64,000 bases of DNA from a candidate division FCPU426 bacterium (GTDB taxonomy: Bacteria > Oederibacteriota > Muellerivitia > Muellerivitales > Muellerivitaceae), in the NCBI GenBank assembly GCA_963738405.1, contig CAVTWJ010000022.1:32001-96000 (forward strand), in the 5' to 3' direction. A program made the position numbers and the translations under genes. Shown one piece after another: positions 40,777 through 51,140 of the stretch (position 1 is the first letter of the stretch; each line of letters opens with the position of its first letter). The notes under the pieces were generated by a model, which saw only the letters and a program-made list of their open reading frames with translations, did no database searches and was not told where the DNA came from.

Positions 40777-43700
40777 CTAAAAATAGCCAAATTTCGACCC
40801 CGATTCAGATTCTACAAGGTAGTAGGAAGTATGGTTGTTGGGTGAGAGATTAAATTTCAACCCGCCCTTTTCCATGAAGCTTGGCAAGGGAGTACCCGTC
40901 TTGCCGGATGGATCTACCGGTACCACCTTATAAGTGGCCTTCGGGTCCACCACTATAGAAATTTCCCCTTCCACCCCCTGCATCAAAACCGGCGCGCGGC
41001 CAGGGTCTTTCAAGGCGGTTCGGGTGGGGTTGTAAACCTGCCCGCTGTTTTCAGCCTTGGCCACGGCAAAAACAATAATCCTTGCCGACTGGTTCAGGGG
41101 TTGATGATCCAATGAGACCGCCAGAATCCCTGCCCAGGGATTGCGAGGGGAAACATGCACCCAGATTCCAGAGGTGCCCCAAACTTGATCCGGATCGCTG
41201 GAAGATAGGGCCCCAACCAAACCCTGCGCTTGGGGGCTGTCGATTTTAAGGATTCCCTTGCCGTAATAAAGCGTCTCTTCACCCGTGGCGCTATCCACTT
41301 CCTTTTCGTCGGCGTTGAAAAGCTTTTGAATCTTGGAAAGGTCCGTTGGAGGCGCCTGCATGGCATTGGTGAAGTTTTTCTTCACCTTGGCTACATAGGG
41401 AAGCCAGGGATGGTCATAAAGCCACTCGCTCCGCATGCCGGGGGCGAATACCTGAGAGTCGGTGAGGGGTTCCACGACCGTGGCCTGGGAGGGTTTCAAC
41501 ATCCCCCCGCGAAAGATGAGGGCCCCGGCGATAAAAAGGGGCTCGTTGTCCGGGCGGGAGTTGATGTCAAAATTCGTCATCTTGCCCTGCCCGATCAGGG
41601 AGGGACCATAGTCAAACTGCAGCATTCCATCCCAATCCTGAAGCGAACCATAGGAGGCCATCAGTATCGGCCCCTCGAGTCGGTACTCATTCGGGAAACA
41701 ATCGTTCCACTCGGTGCAGATGAAGGGCTTTCCCACCACCGGGTCGTGGGCGAGGCTAAAGAGCAGGGAGCCCTGGAAGGGGTTCAGCAATTGGGAATTG
41801 TTGTTCATGGGCGCATGGTCCACATCCGCCCAACCCCCGATGACATTCCAATACTGGGGATGGTCCCAGTAGGCGTGGCTGTCCATGAAATCCATCAGGG
41901 AGTCGCAATAGATATTCCCCAAAACGGGCAGGCCCATGTTGCTCCCGGTAAGAAGAGCGTGGGGACTTAAGGGAGTTAAAAAATCTTTCATCTCCTTGTT
42001 GGTCTTTGCCTGTTCTTGCAGAAGAAACTTGAGGCTGGGCCCCTCGTTTTCCGGGTTTAGCGCCGCCTTCAGCCGCTGGGTGTCCCAATCGAACTTGAAA
42101 TGGGTGATGGTGCCGGGCCCGCCCCAGACCTTGTAATCCAACTGAAGCTCGTCCCAGAAGGGCTGGGGAAATTTCTGTTCGCCAAAGCCGCAAAAAATGG
42201 AAGATTCGTTCACGATCTCGTTGCCCACATAAACAGGGTCATCCTTCAAGGCCAGGCGGGTGTAGGGGTTCTCGTGGATTAAAAGCATCTGGGCGTATTT
42301 TTTGTTCAGCTCGATGACCCGGCGGCTGAAATGGATGACCGTCTTGGCGCCTTCTTCCAGCTCGTTGGAGCCGGGCACCTTGTCCCCGGGGCGGAATTTT
42401 CGCCCCACCGACCAGTCGGGATAGACGTAAATACCATTCTTTTTCAGGGCCCCGATGAGGTATTCCAGCTTCTCCAGATTGGCTGAATCGAAGGTCTGTG
42501 TATTGTCGGCTTGGGGATCAAAGAGGCTCTGTTCCCCCCAGTTATTGTCGAGAAAATGCAGGCGCACCAGATTGATGCCTAGCTTGCGCATGCGGACCGC
42601 CACCTGGTCCGCCTCGTCATGGGGCATGAAAAGCCGGGGACCCACGATATCCGTACCCCAAAATTTCACGCGCTTGCCGTCGGCGAAAACAAAATGGCCG
42701 TTTATGTTTTTGACGAAGCCGTGAACACCCGCGGGAGAGTCGTTGAGGGAAGAAAGATCAAGCGGCGCGTCCGAAATACTCGCGGGGGATGAGTAGGCAT
42801 ACCAATCGGAAGTGTCGGTCACCTGCTGGGTTTGCCGTTCGACCTCGATTTTTTTGCCGTCCCTATCCAATAGGGTAAGGCAGAGGTCGTCAAACCAGGC
42901 CCGGCCCACGCAGTTCCCCAGCCCCGCGTCCACATGGACGGAGGTAGCTCCGGGAGGTACCGGATACTTTTTTTCGTAATAGGTCCAATCGGTGGTTCCG
43001 ATAGCCTTACAGGCTGTGTCCTGCCAGCCGGCCACCTGTTGGTTGTTCGCGTCTCGGAAATCCACCCCTAGCCTGGCGGTCATGTAGGCTTCGGTACCCA
43101 CGGTCACGCCTTGGGTTTTCACCCACCCGCCGTAAACAATAAAGGCGGGCTTTTGACCCTGGAAGGAAACGTCTTGGGAAGGAAGAATCCAAGCGGGGGT
43201 AGAACTTTCAACCATGAGGGAATGCATGGACTGGTGACCCTCGGAGGCGACGTGGCCCTGCAGCCAATCGTTGGAACCGGGCGTCTCGAAATCGGGGTCC
43301 AAAAGCCAATTGTCGGTACGGTAATCCACCGGGGGTTTCTTGTCCGGATGGGTCGCGGCGCTTCCGGCTTCCATGGGTTTCAAGTCGAAATCGTAGACCA
43401 GCATTTTAAGAGCGCTAAACCAGGCCTTCCCAGAGCAATTGTCCAATACGAAGCTGACTTTGGCCGTGGCGGCATCCGAAGGAACTCCGTACTGGTTGGA
43501 ATAGGCGGTCCAATCTTTCGTGCCATTCTCGCGAGCGATATCTGCGGGCCAACCGCCTACCTGATTCCCCTTCGAGTCGAAAAAAACCACCGTGATCCGG
43601 GCCATTTCCCAATCCTTGTTGCCCTGAACCACACTGGCATTCTTCATCCAACCTGATATTTCCAACGCCGGCGGGGGAGGTTGGGGCAATGCCACCGATT

Positions 43701-43923
43701 GCTCCACCGAGTTCCAGGTCATCTGTTTGTTTTCGAGGTAAGCGGCCTTGTCGCCTCGAGGACCAGGCTGGGCAGTGAAGATTCCCAGCCAATCGGTGTT
43801 GGAGGTGAAATCGCCATTCTTGATCCAATTCAATTCCTGACTAGAGCCCAGCCCAGGAACACTCAGGGCAAGGGCGATCCATAAAATCAGTCTTTTATTT
43901 TTTTCCAAAACGGGGTTTTTCAT
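40777..43923 (-). CDS. Secreted clan GH-A (GH5-like) glycoside hydrolase with two N-terminal CBM4/9-like modules
   Basis: NGDF/DPDFE CBM starts; GINLVRLH, NPYT...KDDP, acid/base NES and nucleophile TEW. Confidence 0.8.
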   Translation of the reverse strand: MKNPVLEKNKRLILWIALALSVPGLGSSQELNWIKNGDFTSNTDWLGIFTAQPGPRGDKAAYLENKQMTWNSVEQSVALPQPPPPALEISGWMKNASVVQGNKDWEMARITVVFFDSKGNQVGGWPADIARENGTKDWTAYSNQYGVPSDAATAKVSFVLDNCSGKAWFSALKMLVYDFDLKPMEAGSAATHPDKKPPVDYRTDNWLLDPDFETPGSNDWLQGHVASEGHQSMHSLMVESSTPAWILPSQDVSFQGQKPAFIVYGGWVKTQGVTVGTEAYMTARLGVDFRDANNQQVAGWQDTACKAIGTTDWTYYEKKYPVPPGATSVHVDAGLGNCVGRAWFDDLCLTLLDRDGKKIEVERQTQQVTDTSDWYAYSSPASISDAPLDLSSLNDSPAGVHGFVKNINGHFVFADGKRVKFWGTDIVGPRLFMPHDEADQVAVRMRKLGINLVRLHFLDNNWGEQSLFDPQADNTQTFDSANLEKLEYLIGALKKNGIYVYPDWSVGRKFRPGDKVPGSNELEEGAKTVIHFSRRVIELNKKYAQMLLIHENPYTRLALKDDPVYVGNEIVNESSIFCGFGEQKFPQPFWDELQLDYKVWGGPGTITHFKFDWDTQRLKAALNPENEGPSLKFLLQEQAKTNKEMKDFLTPLSPHALLTGSNMGLPVLGNIYCDSLMDFMDSHAYWDHPQYWNVIGGWADVDHAPMNNNSQLLNPFQGSLLFSLAHDPVVGKPFICTEWNDCFPNEYRLEGPILMASYGSLQDWDGMLQFDYGPSLIGQGKMTNFDINSRPDNEPLFIAGALIFRGGMLKPSQATVVEPLTDSQVFAPGMRSEWLYDHPWLPYVAKVKKNFTNAMQAPPTDLSKIQKLFNADEKEVDSATGEETLYYGKGILKIDSPQAQGLVGALSSSDPDQVWGTSGIWVHVSPRNPWAGILAVSLDHQPLNQSARIIVFAVAKAENSGQVYNPTRTALKDPGRAPVLMQGVEGEISIVVDPKATYKVVPVDPSGKTGTPLPSFMEKGGLKFNLSPNNHTSYYLVESESGSKFGYF

Positions 43924-44208
43924 TGGGTCTCCCTGGGATTGAATTCCACCATTAGACTCGTGTTAGTTCCCTTTGTGTCAAAATGAATTGCCGACTCAAC
44001 GGCTGTCTTTTATCGCGTAAATTCAGCGTGATTTATTAAATGAAATTAATACGGGGGTTTATTTTTTATTGTAAAAACGCCAAATATCAGCCAAAAGGGC
44101 GCTTTTTTGTGCCATTTTATTTATTTTTTTGTAAAATATTTTCACCCTTAGCGCCTCAATGGACTCAGGGAGTTTTAAAATTTTTAAGAGTAGAAAGGTT
44201 GTTGCAGC

Positions 44209-44409
44209 ATGGCACAAGGTACTGTGAAGTGGTTTAAGAATGAGAAGGGCTTTGGATTCATTTCCCAAGACGGGGGCGAAGATGTATTCGTACACTTCTC
44301 CTCGATTCAAACTGATGGCTATAAGACCCTGAACGAGGGGGACCGCGTTGAATTTGACGTGGCCCAAGGCCAGAAGGGTTTGAAAGCCGAGAACGTCCGC
44401 AAAATCTAA
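44209..44409 (+). CDS. cspA: Cold-shock protein
   Basis: GTVKWF..KGFGFI and DVFVHFS; long AT-rich leader. Confidence 0.95.
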   Translation: MAQGTVKWFKNEKGFGFISQDGGEDVFVHFSSIQTDGYKTLNEGDRVEFDVAQGQKGLKAENVRKI

Positions 44410-44421
44410 GGACGTTTCATT

Positions 44422-44459
44422 TAAAAGCCCCCGCGGAAAGAACCGCCGGGGCTTTTTTA
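44422..44459 (+). terminator. Intrinsic (probably bidirectional) terminator
   Basis: AAAAGCCCCG...CGGGGCTTTTTT between convergent genes. Confidence 0.85.
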
Positions 44460-44484
44460 TTTTACGGGCCTTTTTTTCCGGAAC

Positions 44485-45153
44485 TCACCAATCCTGGCAG
44501 AGGGCCTGGGTTTTGCGGTAGTTTTCCATTGTGTCAATCTGGGCGTTGGATCGAATGACTTCCTGTGCGAATTGGTGGTAATAGGGGTTTATCACCCCCA
44601 ATATCATCTTTTTCAATTCCGGACCCGCCTTGGACCTGGAGGTCACCTTCCAGGGATGGTCATGGGTCGGAAAATTCGGATAGGTTAAAAGGGCCCCTTC
44701 CATGAGGCCCTTATATTTTTCCAGGGTCGCGGTATTGATGGCCACATGCTGGTTCTCATGGTCCCGGACCACCCGGTAGGGACAGCTTCCCTCCCCATAT
44801 TGGCTGGAAATATAAACGTCCATGCGGGTGTAGGAAAAATCCACATTGATCTGGGTGGCCCAGACTTGATAGACCCGGCTTCCCGGCCGGTGTTGAGTTT
44901 CCATCCGAAAATCGCTTTTTAATTCCTCGTCGGCCAGGGTTAGGCCCGGGGTGTGCATTCCCTTAAAATGAAAGCGCTGGTGGCGGAGGGCGCCGATTTG
45001 GGCCGTGTTGTGGTCATGAATATAGCGTACCGGAGCGATGGAGCTGGTGAAATGGATGAGGGGAGCGGGCGCCGAGGTTTGGGACCAGGCCCCCTGGGCC
45101 AACACCCACCCTAAAACCAAACAGAATAACGACCAACGCTTGTGGAGCTTCAT
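44485..45153 (-). CDS. Secreted DUF922-like putative zinc protease
   Basis: Signal peptide; GLT motif; HENQH (HExxH); ATGA coupling. Confidence 0.6.
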   Translation of the reverse strand: MKLHKRWSLFCLVLGWVLAQGAWSQTSAPAPLIHFTSSIAPVRYIHDHNTAQIGALRHQRFHFKGMHTPGLTLADEELKSDFRMETQHRPGSRVYQVWATQINVDFSYTRMDVYISSQYGEGSCPYRVVRDHENQHVAINTATLEKYKGLMEGALLTYPNFPTHDHPWKVTSRSKAGPELKKMILGVINPYYHQFAQEVIRSNAQIDTMENYRKTQALCQDW

Positions 45154-45806
45154 CGAACGTCCTTCCCCAGTTTCGCCGCGAGATCCTTCGCCTTCATTTT
45201 GCCCGAATAACATTTTTGGGCCAGTTCAAAGGGATCGACTGAAATACCCTGGCGATCCAATATTGAGGCCAGGTATTCAAACTGCCGAAGCGAAGGATCG
45301 GCTTGGAATTTCCACTCCCATTCCCAGAGGCGGCAGGCCGTTTCCCCGATGTAGGCACCCGCCACACCCAGCCGAATCATCGCGTCGGTTTCGGTGTTCA
45401 TCTCATCGAGCAGCTTAGGAAGAAAATCAGCCAATCGGCTCAGGGAAGCCGCGGAATAATCCGGGGATATTTCCCGTAAATCCTCGTCCGCGTTTCGAAT
45501 GACCCGGCTGAGGGTGCGCTGGGCCGTGTCGGCCGAGGACCCCGTCCGAAAGGTTTTGGGATCGCGGCCCTGGAGGATCTTTTCCACCAGGCCTAAGGCG
45601 GTTGCCCGCCTTTTCCAAAGGGCTTGGTAAAGAACCCAGGCACGCAAAGCGGAAGACAAAGCCAGCAGGTCCAAGGCGAGCCCCGAAACCCAGGGCGCAA
45701 AAGCTGGAAAGAAAAAAAGCGGGAACAATTGGTTGCCGGCCATGGCGGCCAGGCAAAGGCCCGAAAGCGCCAAGTAGGGGGTAGGGGAAGGGTGACTAGG
45801 GGTCAA
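45150..45806 (-). CDS. Hypothetical membrane-anchored protein
   Basis: Two N-terminal TM segments; DYS..SL..L and GAYIGE motifs. Confidence 0.6.
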   Translation of the reverse strand: MTPSHPSPTPYLALSGLCLAAMAGNQLFPLFFFPAFAPWVSGLALDLLALSSALRAWVLYQALWKRRATALGLVEKILQGRDPKTFRTGSSADTAQRTLSRVIRNADEDLREISPDYSAASLSRLADFLPKLLDEMNTETDAMIRLGVAGAYIGETACRLWEWEWKFQADPSLRQFEYLASILDRQGISVDPFELAQKCYSGKMKAKDLAAKLGKDVR

Positions 45807-45809
45807 GGG

Positions 45810-46391
45810 TCAAAACTCGATGCCCTCTTTCGAGGGAGCTTGCTGGTCAAAGTAATGTTTTTCCTTGCGCATTTCGGTGACAAGGTCCGCGCGCTCCACG
45901 AGTTCGGGCCAAACCTGGTGCCCGGTCATGACCAGTTCGAATCGGCGGTTCTTTTGGTATAGGTCTACCAGGGCCATGACTTCTTCCCTTGTCACAAGCT
46001 TGCACATGACGGCCGCCAGGATTTCATCCAGCACCAGAAGGTATTGGTCCCCCTTTTCAATCAACTCTCCCGCCTTCGCCAAACCTGCCTTGGCCTCATC
46101 CTCATCGCCCGGCTCATTGCGGAATCGAAAGGCCCCGGGCCCCAAAACCCTTTCCTTACCGAAGGGAAAAAGTTGGACAAGTGGAAGGGCGCGGAGGATT
46201 TTCCGCTCCGCATAATGCTCGTTTTGTCCGTCATAGCCCTTGTCGAACTGCACCAAAACCGATTTTTTTCCCGATCCCGCGGCTCGAATGATCAAACCCA
46301 AAGCAGCCGTGGTTTTGCCTTTTCCGTAGCCATAGTAGATGTGGAACCGGTTTTGCATGAGTTTGCCTTGGGTGATTATGGAGATGTTCAC
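45810..46391 (-). CDS. cobO: Cob(I)yrinic acid a,c-diamide adenosyltransferase (CobO/BtuR)
   Basis: YYGYGKGKTTAALG, VLDEI, ELVMTG and ADLVTEM...KHYF...GIEF; start 46391 or 46358. Confidence 0.9.
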   Translation of the reverse strand: MNISIITQGKLMQNRFHIYYGYGKGKTTAALGLIIRAAGSGKKSVLVQFDKGYDGQNEHYAERKILRALPLVQLFPFGKERVLGPGAFRFRNEPGDEDEAKAGLAKAGELIEKGDQYLLVLDEILAAVMCKLVTREEVMALVDLYQKNRRFELVMTGHQVWPELVERADLVTEMRKEKHYFDQQAPSKEGIEF

Positions 46392-46452
46392 AAAAACGAA
46401 GTCATCTTATCACCAGGGGAAAAGGCGGGACAGGCGAAAGACAGAGAGTAAT

Positions 46453-49400
46453 TTAATTAAGAACGAGTACTTTCCCATAGGGGTTCGGAAGGGGGAACCC
46501 TTGGGAAACGTTGATATAAAAAACATAGAGTCCGCTCGCGACCTTCTGACCGGCAATATTTTCAAGATTCCATGAAATGGAATTCAACCCGACATTTCCC
46601 TGAAGTGTCGTTTTATAAACCAGCTCCCCTGCCAGGTCGTAGAGGCTGAGGGAGATCGGCGAGGGACTATTCAGGACCACCTGCCAGACAATGGGAGTCC
46701 CGCCACGGGAAAAGTTCGGCCGCACCGACCAGCCGGGCGTCGGGAGCCCTGATAAAGGAACTGAAGTAGAGGATGCCGTGGGGGTTGCCGACACCGTCGG
46801 TGTACTGGTGGGTAGAAGCGTTAAGGTAATAGTTTGGGTGGGTGTTTGGGTTGGAAGATTCGTCTGAGTCGGGGTGACCGAGAAAGTCCACGTGGAAGAT
46901 GGAACCGGCGTCGTTGAATTTGTTTCCGTTGGGGAGGCTGTATTTGTGGTGGTCGCGGTAGACGTGGCGGTCAGAGTGTTCGTCGGACTGTTGGTGGCGG
47001 TGAATGAAGATGTTGAGGAGGGGGTGCTTGTCGCCGTAGGGGTTGGTGTATTGGTTCCCGTGTAAGTGGGTGTATCAGTGGCGGTGCCCGTGGCTGTCTG
47101 GGTCGACGTGAATGAAGGCGTAGCCGAAGCCGTGCAGGTGGAAGACGCGGTTGGACTATCGGTAACGGTCATTGTGGGAGAAGCCGTAGGTGTTGAGGTA
47201 AGGGTCGCTGTTGGGGTTTCTGTGGGAGTCGAGGTTGATGTTGAAGTAGGGCTATTCGATGGCGTGGATGTAGCTGTAAAGGTGGCCGTCCAAGTCGCCG
47301 ATGAGGTTGCCGTGTTGGTGGGAGATGCCGTAGGGGTTTCCGTCATCGTCATGGTTGGAGTGCTGGACGCTGTATAGGAAGGGGTTGGAGTCGAACTGCT
47401 CGTGGGTGTGTTGGTGGATGTGGAGGTTAAAGTGGAAGTGGCCGTGTTTGTGAGGGTGCTAGTGGAGGTGGATGTCGGCGTTGATGTCGTTGTCGCCGAA
47501 GATGTATCGGTGGGGCTTGAAGTTGAGGTATTCGTGGGGGATGCCGTAGTGGTCGCGGTAAGGGTCGCCGTCGGAGTCTCCGTAGGCGTGGAGGTGGCCG
47601 TTGGCGTCACGGAGTTCGTGGGAGAAAAGGTTGGGGTATCCGTGGTTGTCGTTGTTTGAGTGTTGGTCGCCGTATGGGTAGAGGAAGCTGTGGCCGTATT
47701 TGTGGGAGTCACAGTCGTCGTATTCGTTCCCGTGAAAGTGGGCGTATGGGTTGAAGTACTAGTGACTGTCATTGTCGGTGTCGCCGAAGTGGTATTCGTG
47801 GGTGTAACCGTCGGGGTGGCTGTCGGTGAAGAGGTTGGAGTCGAAGTAGCCGTCTGGGTCGACGTGAGGGTAGCGGTCGCCGTAGCCGTTAACGTGGTGG
47901 TGAAGGTCGAGGTAGGGGTTCCGGTATTCGTAAGCGTGACGGAGGGTGAATTCGTTGGAGTGAAAGTAGTCGTCCAAGTTGAGGAGCTAGTGGAGGTGGA
48001 GGTTGGAGTAAAGGTCCCGGTAGCCGAAGGCGTGTAAGTCGAAGTTGAAGTCCAGGTGGCCGTTGCGGTTACCGTGGGTGAAGCCGTCAAAGTAGCCGTA
48101 AGGGTTGCTGTAGCGGTAACCGTGAAAGTAAAGGTCGGGGTGGAAGTTCCCGTGTTGGTGAGGGTCACGGTGGGAGTTTTTGTTTTCGTGGAAGTGGCTG
48201 TGTTAATAGGGGTAGGAGTAGGGGTTGGGGTCGCCGTTAAAGTAACCGTCGGCGAGGCTGAGGGCATCGGGGTCAAGGTGGACGTAAGGGTGTAGGTGGA
48301 GGAGGGCGTGATGGTGGGAGTGGAGGCGGAAGTCGGGCTAAAGGCGGACGTATTCGTTGGGGTGGGTGTGAAAGTACCCGTTGGAGTTTTGGTATTCGTT
48401 GGGGTAAAGGTAAAAGTTTTCGCCATCGTGGCGGTAGGGGTGGAAGTACAAACAAAAGCGGGAACCCCGGTTAAATCATTTATCAGATTTTGACCCGTGG
48501 GTGAGCCCCAGCCGGTTGCCAGGTCATAACCCCCGAGAGCCTTATAGAGGTTGGGATTGCCGTTAAGGTTGTTGGTGCTTCCATCCTTGATGTCGTTGAA
48601 ATCAGCGGCGTAATGGGCGCCCAGGCCGATGGAATACAGGGCCGGGTTGGCGAAACCCACCGTAACCCCTCCGCCCGCCCCCTGCTGATTGGCCAAAGCC
48701 AAATACCCCGCCCACAGAGGCGTCGCGGCGCTGGTGCCCACCACCGTGTAGTAGCTGTAACTGGTGTTGCTGATATAGCTTTTATTCGCCACGACGAAAA
48801 TGTTGAATGCGTCCATCGAGACATCGGGAATATTCCTCAGAACCGTGGAACCGCCGTTAGACGCCATGTTGACGCCCTGTTGATAAGAGGGGATGGAAAC
48901 CGAGGGACAAATGCCGCCTCCTCCCCCGTAAGTGACCCCGGCTAGGGGGGCGTTCCAAGTCGTTTCCGAAAGGTAGCTTTGACCCGATCCGTTCATGGTC
49001 AGTTCCGTACCGCCCACCACCGTCATGTCGATCTGCGAACTGTAATTAATCGGGGGAGGCGCCAGGGTGATAGGATCTCCGGCCACGTAAGAGCCGTTGT
49101 CGCCCGCCGCCTGAAAAAACGCCTGACCCTGGGCCTCAAACTGTTTGAAGATATTCGGCGTGTTGGAATCCCCAAAACCGGTCCAGGAACAGCTGATTTG
49201 CGTGGCCTTGTCATCGGTGGCGATCTGGTTCAAAAGCAGGTCGCCGGCGGCGGTGGTGTTGGGAGCCTCATAAACCAAAACACTGGATAGGCCCGGCGCC
49301 ATGGAGATCGCCATCTCGATGTCCAGGGATACCTCGATAATGCCGTTCGAGTCGCTTTTTCGAGGGGTCCCCGAGAACCCGTCCACCAAAACATTGGTAA

Positions 49401-50226
49401 GGGTGACATTGGGAAGCCCCGCCAGACTCTCGTAGCCCGTGATGTCGCTTTTATAGTAGCCCTCGAACTCAAGCAAAGCGACGCTTTGCCCGGTTCCCGT
49501 CAGGCAGACACCCGGGGCATAGGCGTTGCGAAAATCCTTTCCCCAAAATAGGCTTCCGGGCGCCGAACCGGCATTGGGAACCGCTAGAGATGGGTTTTCA
49601 ACCATAGAGAACCCGCGACTTATCTGGCTGCCCGCCCAAGTTTGCGGTGCCGAAACCCTCAGCATGGGCCGGGGCACCTCCACATTATCCAATCCACTGA
49701 TATGTTGAACTGGAACGTCCAGATCCACCGAAGGCTCGTTTTCGGGCGCGTAAAAAAAGGTTCCGTCCGGGCGCTTGAATTGACTGAGGTTAACATTGAA
49801 GGTTTTTTGAATATCAGACACTGAACCCGCAACTTCCATCAACAAGCGGTTTGAGGATGTACTTAACAGGTTCAGATGGTGTGAAAGCGCGAAGGCTTGG
49901 AGAGCTTGATAATCCGCGAGGGTCGGTCCGAATTGCTCGATGAATTGGGCGGGGTTTAAGTAACGACGGTATTGGGGGCTCTGGGGATCGCGGATCCGGC
50001 TTAGAAGATCCTGAAGGGCCGATTGATTTCGAAGAGGAAGACCCAACACCAGATTTAATTGTGTGGACCCATCCAAGGGAGCGACCTTGGAAGCTTGAGT
50101 GATGGCTGAGGGCACATGGCCATGAAGCCTCTGCCGTCCCGCTGCCCAAGCCCCAGTGGGGGACACGAACAACAACACGGTGGCCGCCATCAATAGGTAT
50201 CCGTTAGCACGGATGCAATGCCTCAC
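46453..50226 (-). CDS. S53 (sedolisin/kumamolisin) protease with a very long Thr/Pro linker and FlgD/T9SS-like CTD
   Basis: Pro-domain, EVSLD, AAGDNG, RNIPDVS, GTSAATP and GYDLATGWGSP; CTD VASGLY. Confidence 0.9.
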   Translation of the reverse strand: MRHCIRANGYLLMAATVLLFVSPTGAWAAGRQRLHGHVPSAITQASKVAPLDGSTQLNLVLGLPLRNQSALQDLLSRIRDPQSPQYRRYLNPAQFIEQFGPTLADYQALQAFALSHHLNLLSTSSNRLLMEVAGSVSDIQKTFNVNLSQFKRPDGTFFYAPENEPSVDLDVPVQHISGLDNVEVPRPMLRVSAPQTWAGSQISRGFSMVENPSLAVPNAGSAPGSLFWGKDFRNAYAPGVCLTGTGQSVALLEFEGYYKSDITGYESLAGLPNVTLTNVLVDGFSGTPRKSDSNGIIEVSLDIEMAISMAPGLSSVLVYEAPNTTAAGDLLLNQIATDDKATQISCSWTGFGDSNTPNIFKQFEAQGQAFFQAAGDNGSYVAGDPITLAPPPINYSSQIDMTVVGGTELTMNGSGQSYLSETTWNAPLAGVTYGGGGGICPSVSIPSYQQGVNMASNGGSTVLRNIPDVSMDAFNIFVVANKSYISNTSYSYYTVVGTSAATPLWAGYLALANQQGAGGGVTVGFANPALYSIGLGAHYAADFNDIKDGSTNNLNGNPNLYKALGGYDLATGWGSPTGQNLINDLTGVPAFVCTSTPTATMAKTFTFTPTNTKTPTGTFTPTPTNTSAFSPTSASTPTITPSSTYTLTSTLTPMPSASPTVTLTATPTPTPTPINTATSTKTKTPTVTLTNTGTSTPTFTFTVTATATLTATLTASPTVTATATWTSTSTYTPSATGTFTPTSTSTSSSTWTTTFTPTNSPSVTLTNTGTPTSTFTTTLTATATATLTSTQTATSTPTSSPTATPTVTPTNTTSATPTMTVTSTSTHTPTFTGTNTTTVTPTNTATASSTHTATNTQTTTTTDTPTFSPTNSVTPTATSTPTETPTATLTATTTASPTNTSTSSPTDTSSATTTSTPTSTSTSTLTNTATSTLTSTSTNTPTSSSTPTPSYTASSTPTMTMTETPTASPTNTATSSATWTATFTATSTPSNSPTSTSTSTPTETPTATLTSTPTASPTMTVTDSPTASSTCTASATPSFTSTQTATGTATDTPTYTGTNTPTPTATSTPSSTSSFTATNSPTNTLTATSTATTTNTASPTETNSTTPVPSSTWTFSVTPTQTNLPTQTPTQTITLTLLPTSTPTVSATPTASSTSVPLSGLPTPGWSVRPNFSRGGTPIVWQVVLNSPSPISLSLYDLAGELVYKTTLQGNVGLNSISWNLENIAGQKVASGLYVFYINVSQGFPLPNPYGKVLVLN

Positions 50227-50410
50227 AACTCTCCCCTATGCCATTTGCCTCTTCAAAGGCCCGGCTTTTCCGTTGATGAACCTGGGTTTCTTCAAAAACC
50301 CGTCGGATGAAAAGGGATTATAAGGTCTGAGGGGATTATTCATCCTTTAAATTCGTTCTCCAAAGGAAAAGCATTTACACCAATCTTTACGTGAAAACTT
50401 CGGTCCCTCA

Positions 50411-50441
50411 ATAAAAAGGGGGCGGAAATTTCCGCCCCCTT
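50411..50441 (-). terminator. Intrinsic terminator
   Basis: Minus strand AGGGGGCGGAAA/TTTCCGCCCCCT followed by a T-run, downstream of 50495..50740. Confidence 0.8.
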
Positions 50442-50494
50442 CCATTCGGCGCCGCTCGCGGGCGCTCTTTTATACGTTAACTTCTGATCGGATA

Positions 50495-50740
50495 TTAATA
50501 CCGATCGTCAAACCACCGGTGTTCCCGGTGAAGGCGGCGCAACTGTTCCAGCCGGGCCAAGCGGTAATTCACCACCCGTCTTTGGGGCGCAAAAACCGGT
50601 CTTACCGGAACTGATACGAAGGTCCGAATCTGGTTATTCTCACACGAGCGGCCTTCCTGCCCGCCCCACCCCTGCGCCATGGCCGTTCCCGTCCCGGCTA
50701 AAAGGGCAAACAAGGCTAAAACTAGAGTTATCTTTTTCAT
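50495..50740 (-). CDS. Small secreted Arg-rich protein
   Basis: Signal peptide (AMA-Q); GGAGG SD. Confidence 0.7.
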   Translation of the reverse strand: MKKITLVLALFALLAGTGTAMAQGWGGQEGRSCENNQIRTFVSVPVRPVFAPQRRVVNYRLARLEQLRRLHREHRWFDDRY

Positions 50741-51140
50741 GACGTCCTCCCAAAAAATTTAATTCAACCTTCACAAATAGGACGGAGGGTAAACCCCTTG
50801 GGTTTCATTGGGAAATAAGGCTTTTTAGAAAATATTTTTTAAAACACCGACACTTTTTAAAAAAAAGAACCTATTTGGACTAAATAATCAAAAAAACTCA
50901 AAATGCCAGACAGGAATAACCAGGAAACAATAAAAACCAGTTAATTCTTAACAAATACTGACATTTACCAACCCATTGAAAAAATGAACCCAGAGGGCCA
51001 TTTCTTGATGAATACATGATTTTTCAACACAAAAATTAGTTCAACCTCACCTAACAAATCGCAGGGGTTTTGATATACTAAGGGTGTAAGAAAGGCTCTG
51101 GGTCAAAGGGCTGGCTGTTCAATTTTGTTAGGAGGGTCAG

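Noticed and set aside
46874..48493. Series of Val/Gly-rich + strand ORFs (also at 24850, 27359, 28649, 32162, 39852)
   Set aside because: These are antisense shadows of Thr/Pro (ACN/CCN) codons.
50230..51140. Riboswitch upstream of the protease or pilin
   Set aside because: No c-di-GMP or other aptamer consensus could be recognised by eye.
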